Below, piece after piece: positions 10,490 to 19,698 of a DNA stretch of 64,000 nucleotides; positions within the stretch are counted from its first letter, which is position 1; every line of letters begins with the position of its first letter. Under the pieces are notes generated by a model that made no database searches, had not been told where the DNA came from, and worked only from the letters and a program-made list of their open reading frames with translations. Origin of the DNA: Candidatus Micrarchaeota archaeon (GTDB lineage: Archaea; Micrarchaeota; Micrarchaeia; Micrarchaeales; CABMGC01); assembly GCA_027319905.1 (NCBI GenBank), contig DAHVMJ010000001.1:1-64000 (forward strand), in the 5' to 3' direction. The position numbers were made by a program, and so were the translations under genes.

Positions 10490-11071
10490 CTACGCCTCTT
10501 TACTCTCTGCTGCTCCCTCTGCAGGAGTCTGCGCCTGTTCCGCGGCTGCCGGAGCAGCTGCCTGCGCCGCAACGGCCACTTGCACCGTCTCCCTCTGGAT
10601 CGTGAATGGCTTGTAGTATGCTATCGCTGTCTCTTCGCTCGCGAGAACTAGATGCCCCGGAGACGTAACCCGCCTGCCGTTTATCGAGATGAGGCCGTGG
10701 GCTATTAGCTGCCTTGCCTGCGCACCTGTCTTTGCCAGGCCCTTCCTGAGCACCACAGTCTGAAGCCTGCGCTCCAACAGCGCCTCCACGCCAACGACCA
10801 GCAGGTCGTCAGGGGTAGCGTCGCTCTTCACTATGCCGTACCTGCTAAGCCTCGCGACTATGTCCTTGCCTGTCTGTTCGCTCACCTTGCCGGACAGCAC
10901 TGTTCTCGCGTTCTGCTTTATTCTCCGCAGCTCGCTGCTCAGTATCCAGAGTTCGCGCAGGTTCTTCAAGCCGTACTTTGCCTTTAGCTCATGCTCGCGC
11001 TGGATTCTCGCCGAATCCCACATCTTGGAGGGAGTCTCGTATTTCTTCCTTATCCTCTTGGGCGCACCCAT
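10490..11071 (-). CDS. rps4: 30S ribosomal protein S4
   Basis: [27 protein letters not shown]. Confidence 0.98.
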   Translation of the reverse strand: MGAPKRIRKKYETPSKMWDSARIQREHELKAKYGLKNLRELWILSSELRRIKQNARTVLSGKVSEQTGKDIVARLSRYGIVKSDATPDDLLVVGVEALLERRLQTVVLRKGLAKTGAQARQLIAHGLISINGRRVTSPGHLVLASEETAIAYYKPFTIQRETVQVAVAAQAAAPAAAEQAQTPAEGAAESKEA

Positions 11072-11078
11072 TCAATCA

Positions 11079-11762
11079 CTACTTCTTCTCCTCCTTTGCG
11101 GGCTTTGCCTGAGGTGCGGCTGCTGCTGGCTGCGAGGCCGCGGGTGCCGCCTGGGCCGCTGCTCCTGCAGCAGCTGGCGCTGCACCCTCTTCTTTTGGTG
11201 CCGCCGCTCCGGGGCCCCCGCCAGGGGCTCGTGCCCTCTTCGCTTCTTCCTGAATCTTCTTCTTTGTGACTCCCACCGTCTCACCCGTTCTTCCGGTCGA
11301 GCGGGTGTGCTGGCCGCGCACGCGCTGGCCGTACTGCCTCCTGTACCCGATCCAGCTCTGGAGCTTTATAGTAGAATCCATGTCTTGCTTGGTTTTCACG
11401 ATCAGATCCGTGCCTGCGAGGTGCATGTCCGAACCCGCATCCGTATCCTCACGCCTGTTGAGCATGAATCTTGGCACTCCGAACTTGCCTGGTTCCTTGA
11501 TTATGGTCTCGAGCTTGTCGAGCTTGTCCTCTTCTAGGGAGCCTATCGTTGTGCTGGGCGCTATCCCGAAGTTCTTCTCCGCGAGCAGGGCAAGAGCGTT
11601 GGCCATGCTGTGGCTTATTCCCTTTATGTGACGCAGCGCAGCGACAATGTCGTACTTGCCGTTTATGTCCCTGCCGGCTATTCTGACTATGTTTATTGCT
11701 TCGCTGGCCTTGGGCTTGCCCTCCTGGGCCTTTGGAACATTTTGCTTCGGCTCTTGTGCCAT
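11079..11762 (-). CDS. rps13: 30S ribosomal protein S13 with Ala/Pro-rich C-terminal tail
   Basis: IVRIAGRDI, IKGI, LNRRED, VRGQHTRSTGR. Confidence 0.97.
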   Translation of the reverse strand: MAQEPKQNVPKAQEGKPKASEAINIVRIAGRDINGKYDIVAALRHIKGISHSMANALALLAEKNFGIAPSTTIGSLEEDKLDKLETIIKEPGKFGVPRFMLNRREDTDAGSDMHLAGTDLIVKTKQDMDSTIKLQSWIGYRRQYGQRVRGQHTRSTGRTGETVGVTKKKIQEEAKRARAPGGGPGAAAPKEEGAAPAAAGAAAQAAPAASQPAAAAPQAKPAKEEKK

Positions 11763-11913
11763 TATACCACATCATCAGGATGGGAAAATCCCGATGACAC
11801 AAATAGCATACATATTGCCATGATTACGTATTTAAAGGTTTTTTGGAGACTGAAACTGGCGCCCTATCCATACCAAACCTCTTCAGGCGCCGAAGTTACA
11901 TTCACATATCGAC

Positions 11914-12390
11914 TCAGAGAAGCAGCAAGGGATAAACGCCGCCGGTCAAGAAGATAAGCCCGATGAACGCAACCTTCACCGCATCTTCGCCCTTCTGCGA
12001 GGGGTCGTGAAGAACGTCGATTATGTAGTATGCCAGCAGGGTTACAAAGGCTAGCGCAAAGTACACCAGCCCGAGTGTCCTTGAAAACTCCGCGGCTATG
12101 ATGCCAAACGCGTTCAAAACCATATTATTCCCAATGGTGTGGGTTACCCAAGCGTACCTGTCAAAGAGACGGGACTTTTCTCTATAGCTTACTTTTGTGT
12201 ATGCGAGGCTTGAAACGAACAGCAACGGGATCGCCAGAACGACCTGCCATATTATGAACGCACTGAACTTTTGAGTGCCCAACGAGAATATGAGAGTCAG
12301 GATTATGAACAGGCTCCCAATCATGAAAGCGTTTATGGCCAAACGTAATGACGCCTTGTGAGGGTTAACCCAGACTTGTTCGTTTTTCAT
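11914..12390 (-). CDS. Hypothetical multi-pass membrane protein
   Basis: About five hydrophobic segments; start trimmed to MKNEQ because the longer ORF runs through a tRNA. Confidence 0.7.
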   Translation of the reverse strand: MKNEQVWVNPHKASLRLAINAFMIGSLFIILTLIFSLGTQKFSAFIIWQVVLAIPLLFVSSLAYTKVSYREKSRLFDRYAWVTHTIGNNMVLNAFGIIAAEFSRTLGLVYFALAFVTLLAYYIIDVLHDPSQKGEDAVKVAFIGLIFLTGGVYPLLLL

Positions 12391-12439
12391 CACATCATAT
12401 TCTGATATGCCATTTAAAAGCTGATGGGCTGGATTGGAA

Positions 12440-12537
12440 CGCCAGGGTTGGGATTTGAACCCAAAAGGCTCCGAGGAGCCATGCGCTTTATGGCATGTTT
12501 TCCAGGCGCACGCGTTACCGGGTTCCGCCACCCTGGC
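12440..12537 (-). tRNA. tRNA-Ser(GGA) with 12-nt intron at 37/38 (12488..12499)
   Basis: GCCAGGG/CCCTGGC acceptor, TGCGC-CTGGAA[AACATGCCATAA]A-GCGCA, long variable arm, TTCAAAT loop. Confidence 0.92.
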
Positions 12538-12574
12538 ACGCTATAAGTAACGTTGGCACAATTAAAAACCCGCG

Positions 12575-13246
12575 CTATTCCTGCATCGGACCCACATGAA
12601 GGCTGCGAGCTTCGAAGATTACACGCGCGGCGTGCTCCGCGTCCTTTACAACCGCGGTGTTTGGCTCGTGCCTGCACGCAACGGCCTCTTCCCACCTGTT
12701 GACCAGGAGTAGCGCCCTGTTTCTGGCGATCTCATCCTTCATTGTTGCCGCAACGTACGGGCTATCGTCTATAAGGATGTCAAAGCCGCGTTCCAGCTTT
12801 CTGATGCCGTGCATGTCATACGGCTCTGGGTTCACGACGACGACATTTGCAGTCTTGCCGTAGTGCCTATAAATCCACTTGTACAGGCCGTCCGAGCTGT
12901 TTCCACCGCGGGCGCTTACGAAGCTGAACTCGACTTTCTCGTTCAACAGGGCGAACGTTTCCCGACCCAGAATGGGCTCGATCTCCTCGCCATCGCGCTG
13001 CCACAACTCGTTATAGATGTCCATGAAGTGCTTGTCAGTCGCGCCTGTTGATGACCAATCGTATTTGTTCCCCACTAGCGAGAAATCGAAACCGTGCCTT
13101 TCCTTCATCAGATCCCTCACAACCTCTGAGGTCCGCGCCGCGGTGTCATCTACGTCCATGCCCACTTTCAGTTTCCTGCCGCCATTCGTCTTGCTGAGCT
13201 GCGAAAGAACAAGATCAAGTGCGTGGCTCCCCTCCACTTCAGTCAT
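12575..13246 (-). CDS. HAD-superfamily 5'(3')-deoxyribonucleotidase-like protein
   Basis: MDVDDT motif I, VSAR motif II, LIDDSP motif IV. Confidence 0.75.
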   Translation of the reverse strand: MTEVEGSHALDLVLSQLSKTNGGRKLKVGMDVDDTAARTSEVVRDLMKERHGFDFSLVGNKYDWSSTGATDKHFMDIYNELWQRDGEEIEPILGRETFALLNEKVEFSFVSARGGNSSDGLYKWIYRHYGKTANVVVVNPEPYDMHGIRKLERGFDILIDDSPYVAATMKDEIARNRALLLVNRWEEAVACRHEPNTAVVKDAEHAARVIFEARSLHVGPMQE

Positions 13247-13292
13247 ACATTTGCATTGGTTCGCAGATATATAAGCATTGGCGAAAAACTGG

Positions 13293-14765
13293 TTATTTGT
13301 CTGCTGTGCCCTTCGACTTCTTTCCCTCGGGCTTCACGGAAGGAAAGAGTATTACCTCTTTTATAGACACGTTGTTCGTCAGCAGCATGACAAGCCTGTC
13401 TATCCCTATGCCTATGCCCGCAGCTGGCGGCATGCCGTACTCCATGGCCTCAACGAAATCCTCGTCCATGGGCGGCTGCTCCTCGTCTCCTTTCTTCTTC
13501 TCCGCTACCTGCTCATCGAACTTCTTCCTTTGCTCCGTGGGATCGTTGAGCTCGGAGTACACATTCATCAGCTCGAACTCTCCAGCGACGAACATCTCGA
13601 ACCTCTCGCTCTTTCTCGGGTCTTTCCTGCTGTCCTTGACAAGGGCACACATGTAAGCAGGGTAGTCCATCACAAGCGTCGGCTCCCAGATGCTTGGTTT
13701 TACATACTTGTCGAGGAGCGCATCTGCTACGTGGTACCTGTTCATAACTGGCGTGTCGAGCTTCTCCTTCTTTGCTATGCGCGCAGCCTCGTCATCATCC
13801 TTTATTGCGGCAACGTCTATCCCGCTCTTCTTTTTTATCTCGTCTGCGAAAGAGAGCCTTTTGAACGGCGGGGTGAAGTCTATCCTCTTGCCCTGGAACT
13901 CTATCGTGTGCGTGCCGAAGATGTGCTTCACAAGGCCAGCAAGCATCTCCTCGAAAAGCTTTGCATAGGTGTTGTAATCGCCGTATGCCTCGTACGCCTC
14001 GAGCATTGTGAACTCGGGGTTGTGGAGCGTGTCCACGGACTCGTTCCTGAAGTCCTTCGATATTTCGTAGACTTTCTCGATGCCCCCTATTATCAGGCGC
14101 TTTAGGTAGAGCTCGTCGGATATCCTGAGGAAGAGGTCCTGGTCAAGGAAGTTGTGATGGGTCGTGAACGGCTTGGCATTCGCGCCTCCGTAAACCTGCT
14201 GCAGCGCGGGCGTCTCGACCTCAAGGTAGCCGTGGTCGTCAAGGAACTTCCTGATGTAGCTGATCGTCTTGGCCCTTATAGTGAAAACCTTCCTCGTGTT
14301 CGGGTTCGTGGCGAGATCTAGGTATCTCTTCCTGTATCGTATCTCAACGTCAGAGAGACCGTGGAATTTCTCTGGCATCTCACGGAGCGCTTTGGCGAGA
14401 AGGGTAAGTTCTTTCAGCTCGACGCTTATCTCCCCGCGCTCAGACTTTGTCACATTCCCTTCGACGCCTATTATGTCACCCCTGTCCACGGTGTCTAGGA
14501 GTTGCGCGACGCTCTTGCCCGCGCTATCGGCCTTTATCATTATCTGTATTTTGCCACTTGCATCGAGAAGGTCAAAGAAGGTCAGTTTGCCCATATGCCT
14601 TGTCCTGATCACACGTCCGGCTACAGACACGCGTTTGCCATTCAGCGTTTCGAATTTTTCAACTATCTCTGCAGCGTGGTGGGTCTGGCTGAACGCGTAG
14701 GGATAAGGATTTACATTCATCTTCCTTAGCTTACCTATCTTTTCCAGCTTGGTTTTATCGGTCAT
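13293..14765 (-). CDS. lysS: Lysyl-tRNA synthetase, class II
   Basis: OB fold, YRKRYLDL, GGANAKPF, FRNE...HNPEFTMLE, YGMPPAAGIGIGIDRL. Confidence 0.98.
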   Translation of the reverse strand: MTDKTKLEKIGKLRKMNVNPYPYAFSQTHHAAEIVEKFETLNGKRVSVAGRVIRTRHMGKLTFFDLLDASGKIQIMIKADSAGKSVAQLLDTVDRGDIIGVEGNVTKSERGEISVELKELTLLAKALREMPEKFHGLSDVEIRYRKRYLDLATNPNTRKVFTIRAKTISYIRKFLDDHGYLEVETPALQQVYGGANAKPFTTHHNFLDQDLFLRISDELYLKRLIIGGIEKVYEISKDFRNESVDTLHNPEFTMLEAYEAYGDYNTYAKLFEEMLAGLVKHIFGTHTIEFQGKRIDFTPPFKRLSFADEIKKKSGIDVAAIKDDDEAARIAKKEKLDTPVMNRYHVADALLDKYVKPSIWEPTLVMDYPAYMCALVKDSRKDPRKSERFEMFVAGEFELMNVYSELNDPTEQRKKFDEQVAEKKKGDEEQPPMDEDFVEAMEYGMPPAAGIGIGIDRLVMLLTNNVSIKEVILFPSVKPEGKKSKGTADK

Positions 14766-14800
14766 TTAGCTTCCCTAACAAATCAACGTTACCCATAATA

Positions 14801-15379
14801 TTATTTGCTGATTGCCCGCAGTATCTCCTCTGTCTTCCTAACCAGTCCGATTCGTGGAAAAATGTATTTTACAGTGTTTTCGTGCTCTTCCTTGCTCATC
14901 GCAGACATCGCGTCCTCCACGAAAATCTGGTTGTAGCCATGCTGGTACGCTTCTCTCGCCGTCGTCTCAACACCTATGTTGGTACTTATACCGCATAAAA
15001 TTATTGTGCCCAAGCCTCTTCTCCTCAGCTGTAGGTCCAGGTCTGTACCGAAGAAAGCGCCCCACTGGTGCTTGGTCACCGAGTAGTCCCCGCTGCCGAC
15101 CTTGAGCTCAGGAACAAAGTCAGCCCAATCATCACTCCTGCTTCCTCCCCAACCCTGCTGATCTGAGATCGGTCTGAGCATGTCCTTCCCATCTACGGAT
15201 GAAACATGCACTGGCACAACGAATGCGCCGGCCTTTCGGAGTGCATCTGCAAGACTTGAAGCGTTGCGTATCACCTCGGCCGCAGAGTAGGGTTCCAACT
15301 TTCTGTCCATGCCAGCTATGCCTTTCTGCAAGTCTATCATCACCAGCGCTGTTTTCTTCACATCTATCTCCAATGTCAT
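14801..15379 (-). CDS. Isochorismatase-family cysteine hydrolase
   Basis: IDLQKGI, KHQWGAFFGTDLDLQLRRRG, GISTNIGVETTAR. Confidence 0.92.
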   Translation of the reverse strand: MTLEIDVKKTALVMIDLQKGIAGMDRKLEPYSAAEVIRNASSLADALRKAGAFVVPVHVSSVDGKDMLRPISDQQGWGGSRSDDWADFVPELKVGSGDYSVTKHQWGAFFGTDLDLQLRRRGLGTIILCGISTNIGVETTAREAYQHGYNQIFVEDAMSAMSKEEHENTVKYIFPRIGLVRKTEEILRAISK

Positions 15380-15388
15380 CTCCTCACC

Positions 15389-15463
15389 TGGGCCCGGCGG
15401 GATTTGAACCCGCGACTGTCGGCTTAAAAGGCCGCTACTCTGGCCATGCTGAGTTACGGGCCC
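15389..15463 (-). tRNA. tRNA-Lys(TTT)
   Basis: GGGCCCG/CGGGCCC acceptor, loop CTTTTAA, GGTTCAAATCC. Confidence 0.95.
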
Positions 15464-15524
15464 TTATTGGATTTTGACATCTACTTTATAAAACTTTGAT
15501 GCATAGGGGCTTGCGCGTGACTAT

Positions 15525-16211
15525 ATGGCAATCGGCAATTCGTTGGGTAGGAGGATGCTTGCGGAACTCGTGGGCACGTTTCTGTTCGTATTCGTGGGCG
15601 CGGGGTCTGCTGTGGCCGCGCAGTCGTTCGCTCCTGGAAATGCAGCACTGCTAATCGCCGCGCTGGCTAACGGAATCGGGCTCGCGATGGCAATCACGTA
15701 TGCGCTCAACACCTCAGGAGGCCACCTAAATCCTGCAGTGACCATAGGGATATGGACTGCCAAGATGATAAGCAGCCTTGAGGCCATAGGGTATATAGTG
15801 GCGCAGGTGGTAGGAGCAACAGTAGCTGGATTGGCACTCGTATGGCTGCTTCCGGCCGCGCTTGGAGGCGCCGTGAACTACGGAGCCCCGGCTCTCGGCT
15901 CAGGCACTGGCGTGCTGCAGGGCATAGCTCTGGAAGCCATCATGACATTCTTCCTTGTCTCCATGGTCTTCGCCACCATTGTTGACAAGAGGTTCCCTAA
16001 GTTTGGAGGTCTGTTCGTGGGTCTCGCGGTTGCGGTCGACGTGCTCGTCGGAGGGCCGTTCACCGGGGCAGCGATGAACCCGGCAAGGGCCATAGGGCCG
16101 CAGCTTGCTTCAGGCTTTCTGGCAAACTGGTACGTATACTGGGTAGGCCCCATAATCGGCGGAATACTCGCCGCGCTGGTCTACAGCTACGTGTTCCTCA
16201 GGAAGAGGTAA
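15525..16211 (+). CDS. Aquaporin (MIP family)
   Basis: SGGHLNPAVT and AMNPARAIGP NPA boxes; six TM segments. Confidence 0.96.
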   Translation: MAIGNSLGRRMLAELVGTFLFVFVGAGSAVAAQSFAPGNAALLIAALANGIGLAMAITYALNTSGGHLNPAVTIGIWTAKMISSLEAIGYIVAQVVGATVAGLALVWLLPAALGGAVNYGAPALGSGTGVLQGIALEAIMTFFLVSMVFATIVDKRFPKFGGLFVGLAVAVDVLVGGPFTGAAMNPARAIGPQLASGFLANWYVYWVGPIIGGILAALVYSYVFLRKR

Positions 16212-16273
16212 ATGGAATCCGAGGGAAAGACGAGGCTTTTTATTAGTATACGGCTAGATAGATTGGTGATGCT

Positions 16274-16417
16274 ATGGTAGAAGCGTATTGCGTTAAGTGC
16301 AAGCAGAAGAGGGAGATGAAGGACGCCAAGGAAGTAACCATGAAGAGCGGCAGGAAGGCCATGCAGGGCGCTTGCCCGGTCTGCGGCACGAAGATGTTCA
16401 GAATAGGAGGAAAGTAA
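16274..16417 (+). CDS. Small basic zinc-ribbon protein (DUF5679-like), 47 aa, not in ORF track
   Basis: MVEAYCVKCKQKREMKDAKEVTMKSGRKAMQGACPVCGTKMFRIGGK; GGTGAT RBS. Confidence 0.88.
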   Translation: MVEAYCVKCKQKREMKDAKEVTMKSGRKAMQGACPVCGTKMFRIGGK

Positions 16418-16432
16418 TCTCGCAGCGGAAGT

Positions 16433-17176
16433 TCAGTGGTTAATACTACTGAATATCTTGTCGCGCTCGTCCTTTGACGCTGACAGCCAGGCGCTCGAGG
16501 CGCCTATGCCTATCTCGTAGCTGTCGCTCTCAATACCATTGAGCGTAGCATCGGCCACCTCCTTTGCTGAGAGGCTCCAGTCAGCCTTCTCTATAGGATT
16601 TCCTTTGAGCTCAGTGTCGTGTACTGTGGGTGGCACAATCTCGAACACCTTCACGCGTGTGTTCCTTAATTGGTGACGCAGGGAAATGCTGAACGAGTGC
16701 AGCGCCGCCTTAGTGGCGCTGTATACCGGAAACATGGAGAGAGGCACAAACCCCAGACCCGATGAGACGTTTATTATCGCTGCACTCTCCTTTTTCATGA
16801 GAAACGGCACGAAGAGCGCCGAAAGGTGCACCTGTGCCTTCAGGTTTATGTCTATCTCGTCCTCGTTATTGAGCAGATCCTCCATGCCTTTGGTGAAGTC
16901 TATGCGCCTCTGTATGCCGGCATTGTTGACAAGCAGGTTCGTCTCTGGGAACTCGGCGCTTATCCTGTCGTAAAGCATCTCGCGGTCGCCGCTATTTGCG
17001 ATATTGCATCTTATTGCCTCTATGCCAGGCAGCTTCGCTTTCGCCTCGCTGAGCTTGTTCTCTCTTCTGCCGCAGATAACGACCTTGTTTCCAAGGGAGG
17101 TAAATTTCTCCGCAAGCGCGAAGCCTATCCCTGTTGCGCCGCCTGTTATCAATACCGTGTTATTGCTGATCCTCAC
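16433..17176 (-). CDS. Short-chain dehydrogenase/reductase (DltE-like)
   Basis: TGGATGIG, NNAG, YSATK. Confidence 0.93.
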   Translation of the reverse strand: MRISNNTVLITGGATGIGFALAEKFTSLGNKVVICGRRENKLSEAKAKLPGIEAIRCNIANSGDREMLYDRISAEFPETNLLVNNAGIQRRIDFTKGMEDLLNNEDEIDINLKAQVHLSALFVPFLMKKESAAIINVSSGLGFVPLSMFPVYSATKAALHSFSISLRHQLRNTRVKVFEIVPPTVHDTELKGNPIEKADWSLSAKEVADATLNGIESDSYEIGIGASSAWLSASKDERDKIFSSINH

Positions 17177-17217
17177 CGTAGTCCACATCGGCACCGTCTA
17201 CACGAGAAGGTACGGGT

Positions 17218-17340
17218 TCAGCAGCAGTTGCATCCTTGCTTGGATCTCTTGCCGCCGCATCCAGCGCAGTCCTTGCAGTCGCACATGTTAGAGCGCGAAC
17301 TTGCAGAGTGCGTCGTCCTTCTCTTAGCTCTCTTTGCCAT
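17218..17340 (-). CDS. 40-aa basic cysteine-rich peptide, metallothionein-like; not in ORF track
   Basis: MAKRAKRRTTHSASSRSNMCDCKDCAGCGGKRSKQGCNCC; AT-rich promoter-like sequence upstream. Confidence 0.6.
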   Translation of the reverse strand: MAKRAKRRTTHSASSRSNMCDCKDCAGCGGKRSKQGCNCC

Positions 17341-17491
17341 AGCTGTAGTACGTAGAGAAAATATTTATTGACTTCGCATCTGTAGCAGATATCTCCTTCT
17401 CTTCGTGGGCACGGAGCCGGGAGCGAGCGCCAGGATGAGAAGCGTTACGCCTTTTGGTTCAGGGCGTGGGCGCAGGGAGTATATGTCATTT

Positions 17492-17989
17492 TCATCCTAT
17501 CTGCTTTTCCCAGAAAATCTCATCTTCTCTAAAAGCGTGTTTTTGGGCAACGCCTATTCTTCTAAAACCCATTCTGGTAAAGAAGTTAACCGCGTTTTTG
17601 TTGTGAGGATTCGTATCGCACCAAACTTTATGGCATCCACGTTTCTTAGCGTCTTGCATTACAAAATCTATCAGCGCCCTGCCCACACCCAGTTTCCTAA
17701 AACCCCCATCAACCAGAAGCCAATCTAGCCAATCAACATGTCCATGGCCCGGAAAATGCGTGCAGAATCCGATGACTCTGCTGGCCTCCGTCACAGCGAT
17801 CACTATGCTGTTTTTGTGTTCTCTGAAGGTCTTACTTAGGTCCTTTGTACTCAGCTCGTAGATATTCCTGGCGGTATGCTCCTTGTTGTAGAACTTCATT
17901 GATTTGACTACAGGCGTTCCGAACTTGCTTACTGCAGTGAGGTCTCTTTTTGTTGCAAACCTTACAGAAAACTTGACAGACTTTTGCAC
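17492..17989 (-). CDS. GNAT-family acetyltransferase
   Basis: LLVDGGFRKLGVGRALI, NKNAVNFFTRMGF. Confidence 0.9.
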   Translation of the reverse strand: MQKSVKFSVRFATKRDLTAVSKFGTPVVKSMKFYNKEHTARNIYELSTKDLSKTFREHKNSIVIAVTEASRVIGFCTHFPGHGHVDWLDWLLVDGGFRKLGVGRALIDFVMQDAKKRGCHKVWCDTNPHNKNAVNFFTRMGFRRIGVAQKHAFREDEIFWEKQIG

Positions 17990-18013
17990 GCCACCACTTG
18001 AGTCGAGTTGTTA

Positions 18014-18088
18014 TGGCGCCCGAAGCAGGGATTGGACCTGCGACCTAGCGGTTAACAGCCGCTCGCTCTACCACTGAGCTATTCGGGC
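18014..18088 (-). tRNA. tRNA-Asn(GTT), CCA encoded, atypical T-loop (TCCAATC)
   Basis: GCCCGAA/TTCGGGC acceptor, AGCTCAGTGGTAGAGC, loop CTGTTAA. Confidence 0.92.
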
Positions 18089-18124
18089 ACGATATGGATT
18101 TTCCTTAAGGAGTAATAAGCCTTG

Positions 18125-18826
18125 CTACTTGCTTGCTTTTTCTAGGAAAGGAAATGGTTCCGCAAGGTTGATTACCTTTGCGTACATGTACGAATGGCCT
18201 TCCATGCTGTCCACGAAATCCAGCACGTTGTTCCTGTAATCGTATCTAGCGAAGTTGCCTCGTTTAGGCGAGCCGAGATAGGCGTAGAAGAACGCGATCT
18301 TGTCATTGGATAGGCCTTCAACAGCGTCAAAGGCGCCGAGCACCGTCTTCGCGCCTGTGCTGAAGCAGTATACGTGCGCCAGTTTCTCGTCGCGCGACGC
18401 GTTTCTTATCACAGCGCCGATCAGGTCTGTAGAAGCCTCAACTTTTATCAACTGCACGCTTTTCTCATCTACTACTGCCGCGGTTGCAAACCTGCTCAGG
18501 TCCGCACGCATCACGTTGATGTACTGCTTGTTCGGAAGGTCTGTGCTGGCGGTGAACATCGCTCTTTCTTCCGTTTCCCTGTAAGCTGGTTCGTAAAGAA
18601 GCACACTGCCGTTGTCCTTTGTGGTTATGTAATAGGCGATCTGCGTTTCTCCGACGCGCTCGCCAAGCGCCATAAGCTTCCCGTTTGAAAGAAGCAGGGT
18701 ATCGGATGTGAAGTCGAACCTGCACACGAGGCGGCAGATGTCCTCTATCGATGCCGCGCGGAGGTAGAATATCCTGCTCTCCTCTTTGTCCTTCTTACCT
18801 TTCTTTTCTTTCTTCCCCTGCTCCAT
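18125..18826 (-). CDS. Hypothetical protein
   Basis: 233-aa ORF in a tight operon with upstream minus-strand genes. Confidence 0.75.
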   Translation of the reverse strand: MEQGKKEKKGKKDKEESRIFYLRAASIEDICRLVCRFDFTSDTLLLSNGKLMALGERVGETQIAYYITTKDNGSVLLYEPAYRETEERAMFTASTDLPNKQYINVMRADLSRFATAAVVDEKSVQLIKVEASTDLIGAVIRNASRDEKLAHVYCFSTGAKTVLGAFDAVEGLSNDKIAFFYAYLGSPKRGNFARYDYRNNVLDFVDSMEGHSYMYAKVINLAEPFPFLEKASK

Positions 18827-18834
18827 AGAATCAG

Positions 18835-19677
18835 TTACTTGAAGATCGCATTGTAAATGTCGCTAAGCAGCAGCATGACCGCGTAGGCGGGCTCGTAGAT
18901 TATGGGGGAGAGAACTACTCCCTGTCCCGTTGCCGTGAAGTCATTTATCAGGCTTGACCGCGCGATGAGCGTTATCGAGTAGGCCTTGTGTATCAACGGA
19001 CTCGTGGTCGAGTTTATTGTGAGGTTGAAGTGATAGATTCCCGGTTCGTCTACGAAGATTGGATACAGGTAGGTGTTGCTCGTGGAGTGTGTGGCTATGA
19101 CCTCCGTTGGAGAGTTCCATGCTGGCAGCCCCGTCGCATTGACTAGGAACGGGTCGTCTGAGGCGCCTGTGTTGTTTATGACTATCTGGAGGTTAACGGG
19201 CTGCCCCAGGCCTGCCGATATGTTTAGAGGAGCCACGGAAGTGGAGAGGACATCAGGAGTCACGTTAATGTATGCGGTGAATGTAAGGTTCCCGAGTTTG
19301 GAGTAGTTACCGACGTTTACTGCGCGCAGGACCATCTCATAGGTACCATTCTTTGCCGTAGGATCTACTGTGATTTTCATCTTCATCGGGTTCTCGTATA
19401 GCGGAGATGCCTGCGCCGACCACCCGCTTGGCAACTTTATCGCCTCGAGTTTGTCCCACCCGATATTCACTATTGTGCCTGACATGTTGGCTGTCTCAGC
19501 AGACGCCAGCACATAGAAACTTTCGCCTGGGCCAACCTTCCCCAGGTTGAGCGTTCCGTTGTTGTAGAGAAGCGCTGATACCGGACCTTCTACGGTAAGA
19601 TACGTAGCGCTTACCCCGAGCGCCACCGCTGACAACGCTAGTATGAAAAGCAGCGTTCTGATACGGGCTGTCGCCAT
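18835..19677 (-). CDS. Secreted/membrane-anchored protein with Ig-like beta domains
   Basis: Signal peptide, many N-x-S/T sequons, NTG..DD motif, hydrophobic C-terminus. Confidence 0.75.
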   Translation of the reverse strand: MATARIRTLLFILALSAVALGVSATYLTVEGPVSALLYNNGTLNLGKVGPGESFYVLASAETANMSGTIVNIGWDKLEAIKLPSGWSAQASPLYENPMKMKITVDPTAKNGTYEMVLRAVNVGNYSKLGNLTFTAYINVTPDVLSTSVAPLNISAGLGQPVNLQIVINNTGASDDPFLVNATGLPAWNSPTEVIATHSTSNTYLYPIFVDEPGIYHFNLTINSTTSPLIHKAYSITLIARSSLINDFTATGQGVVLSPIIYEPAYAVMLLLSDIYNAIFK

Positions 19678-19698
19678 GTGTGAAGTTAGGAATTAAAG

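Noticed and set aside
11079..11260. GCN-rich quasi-repeats at the rps13 3' end (also rps4)
   Set aside because: They encode Ala/Pro/Gln low-complexity tails, not a DNA repeat array.
12391..12531. N-terminal extension of ORF 11914..12531
   Set aside because: It runs through tRNA-Ser(GGA); the start was moved to 12390.
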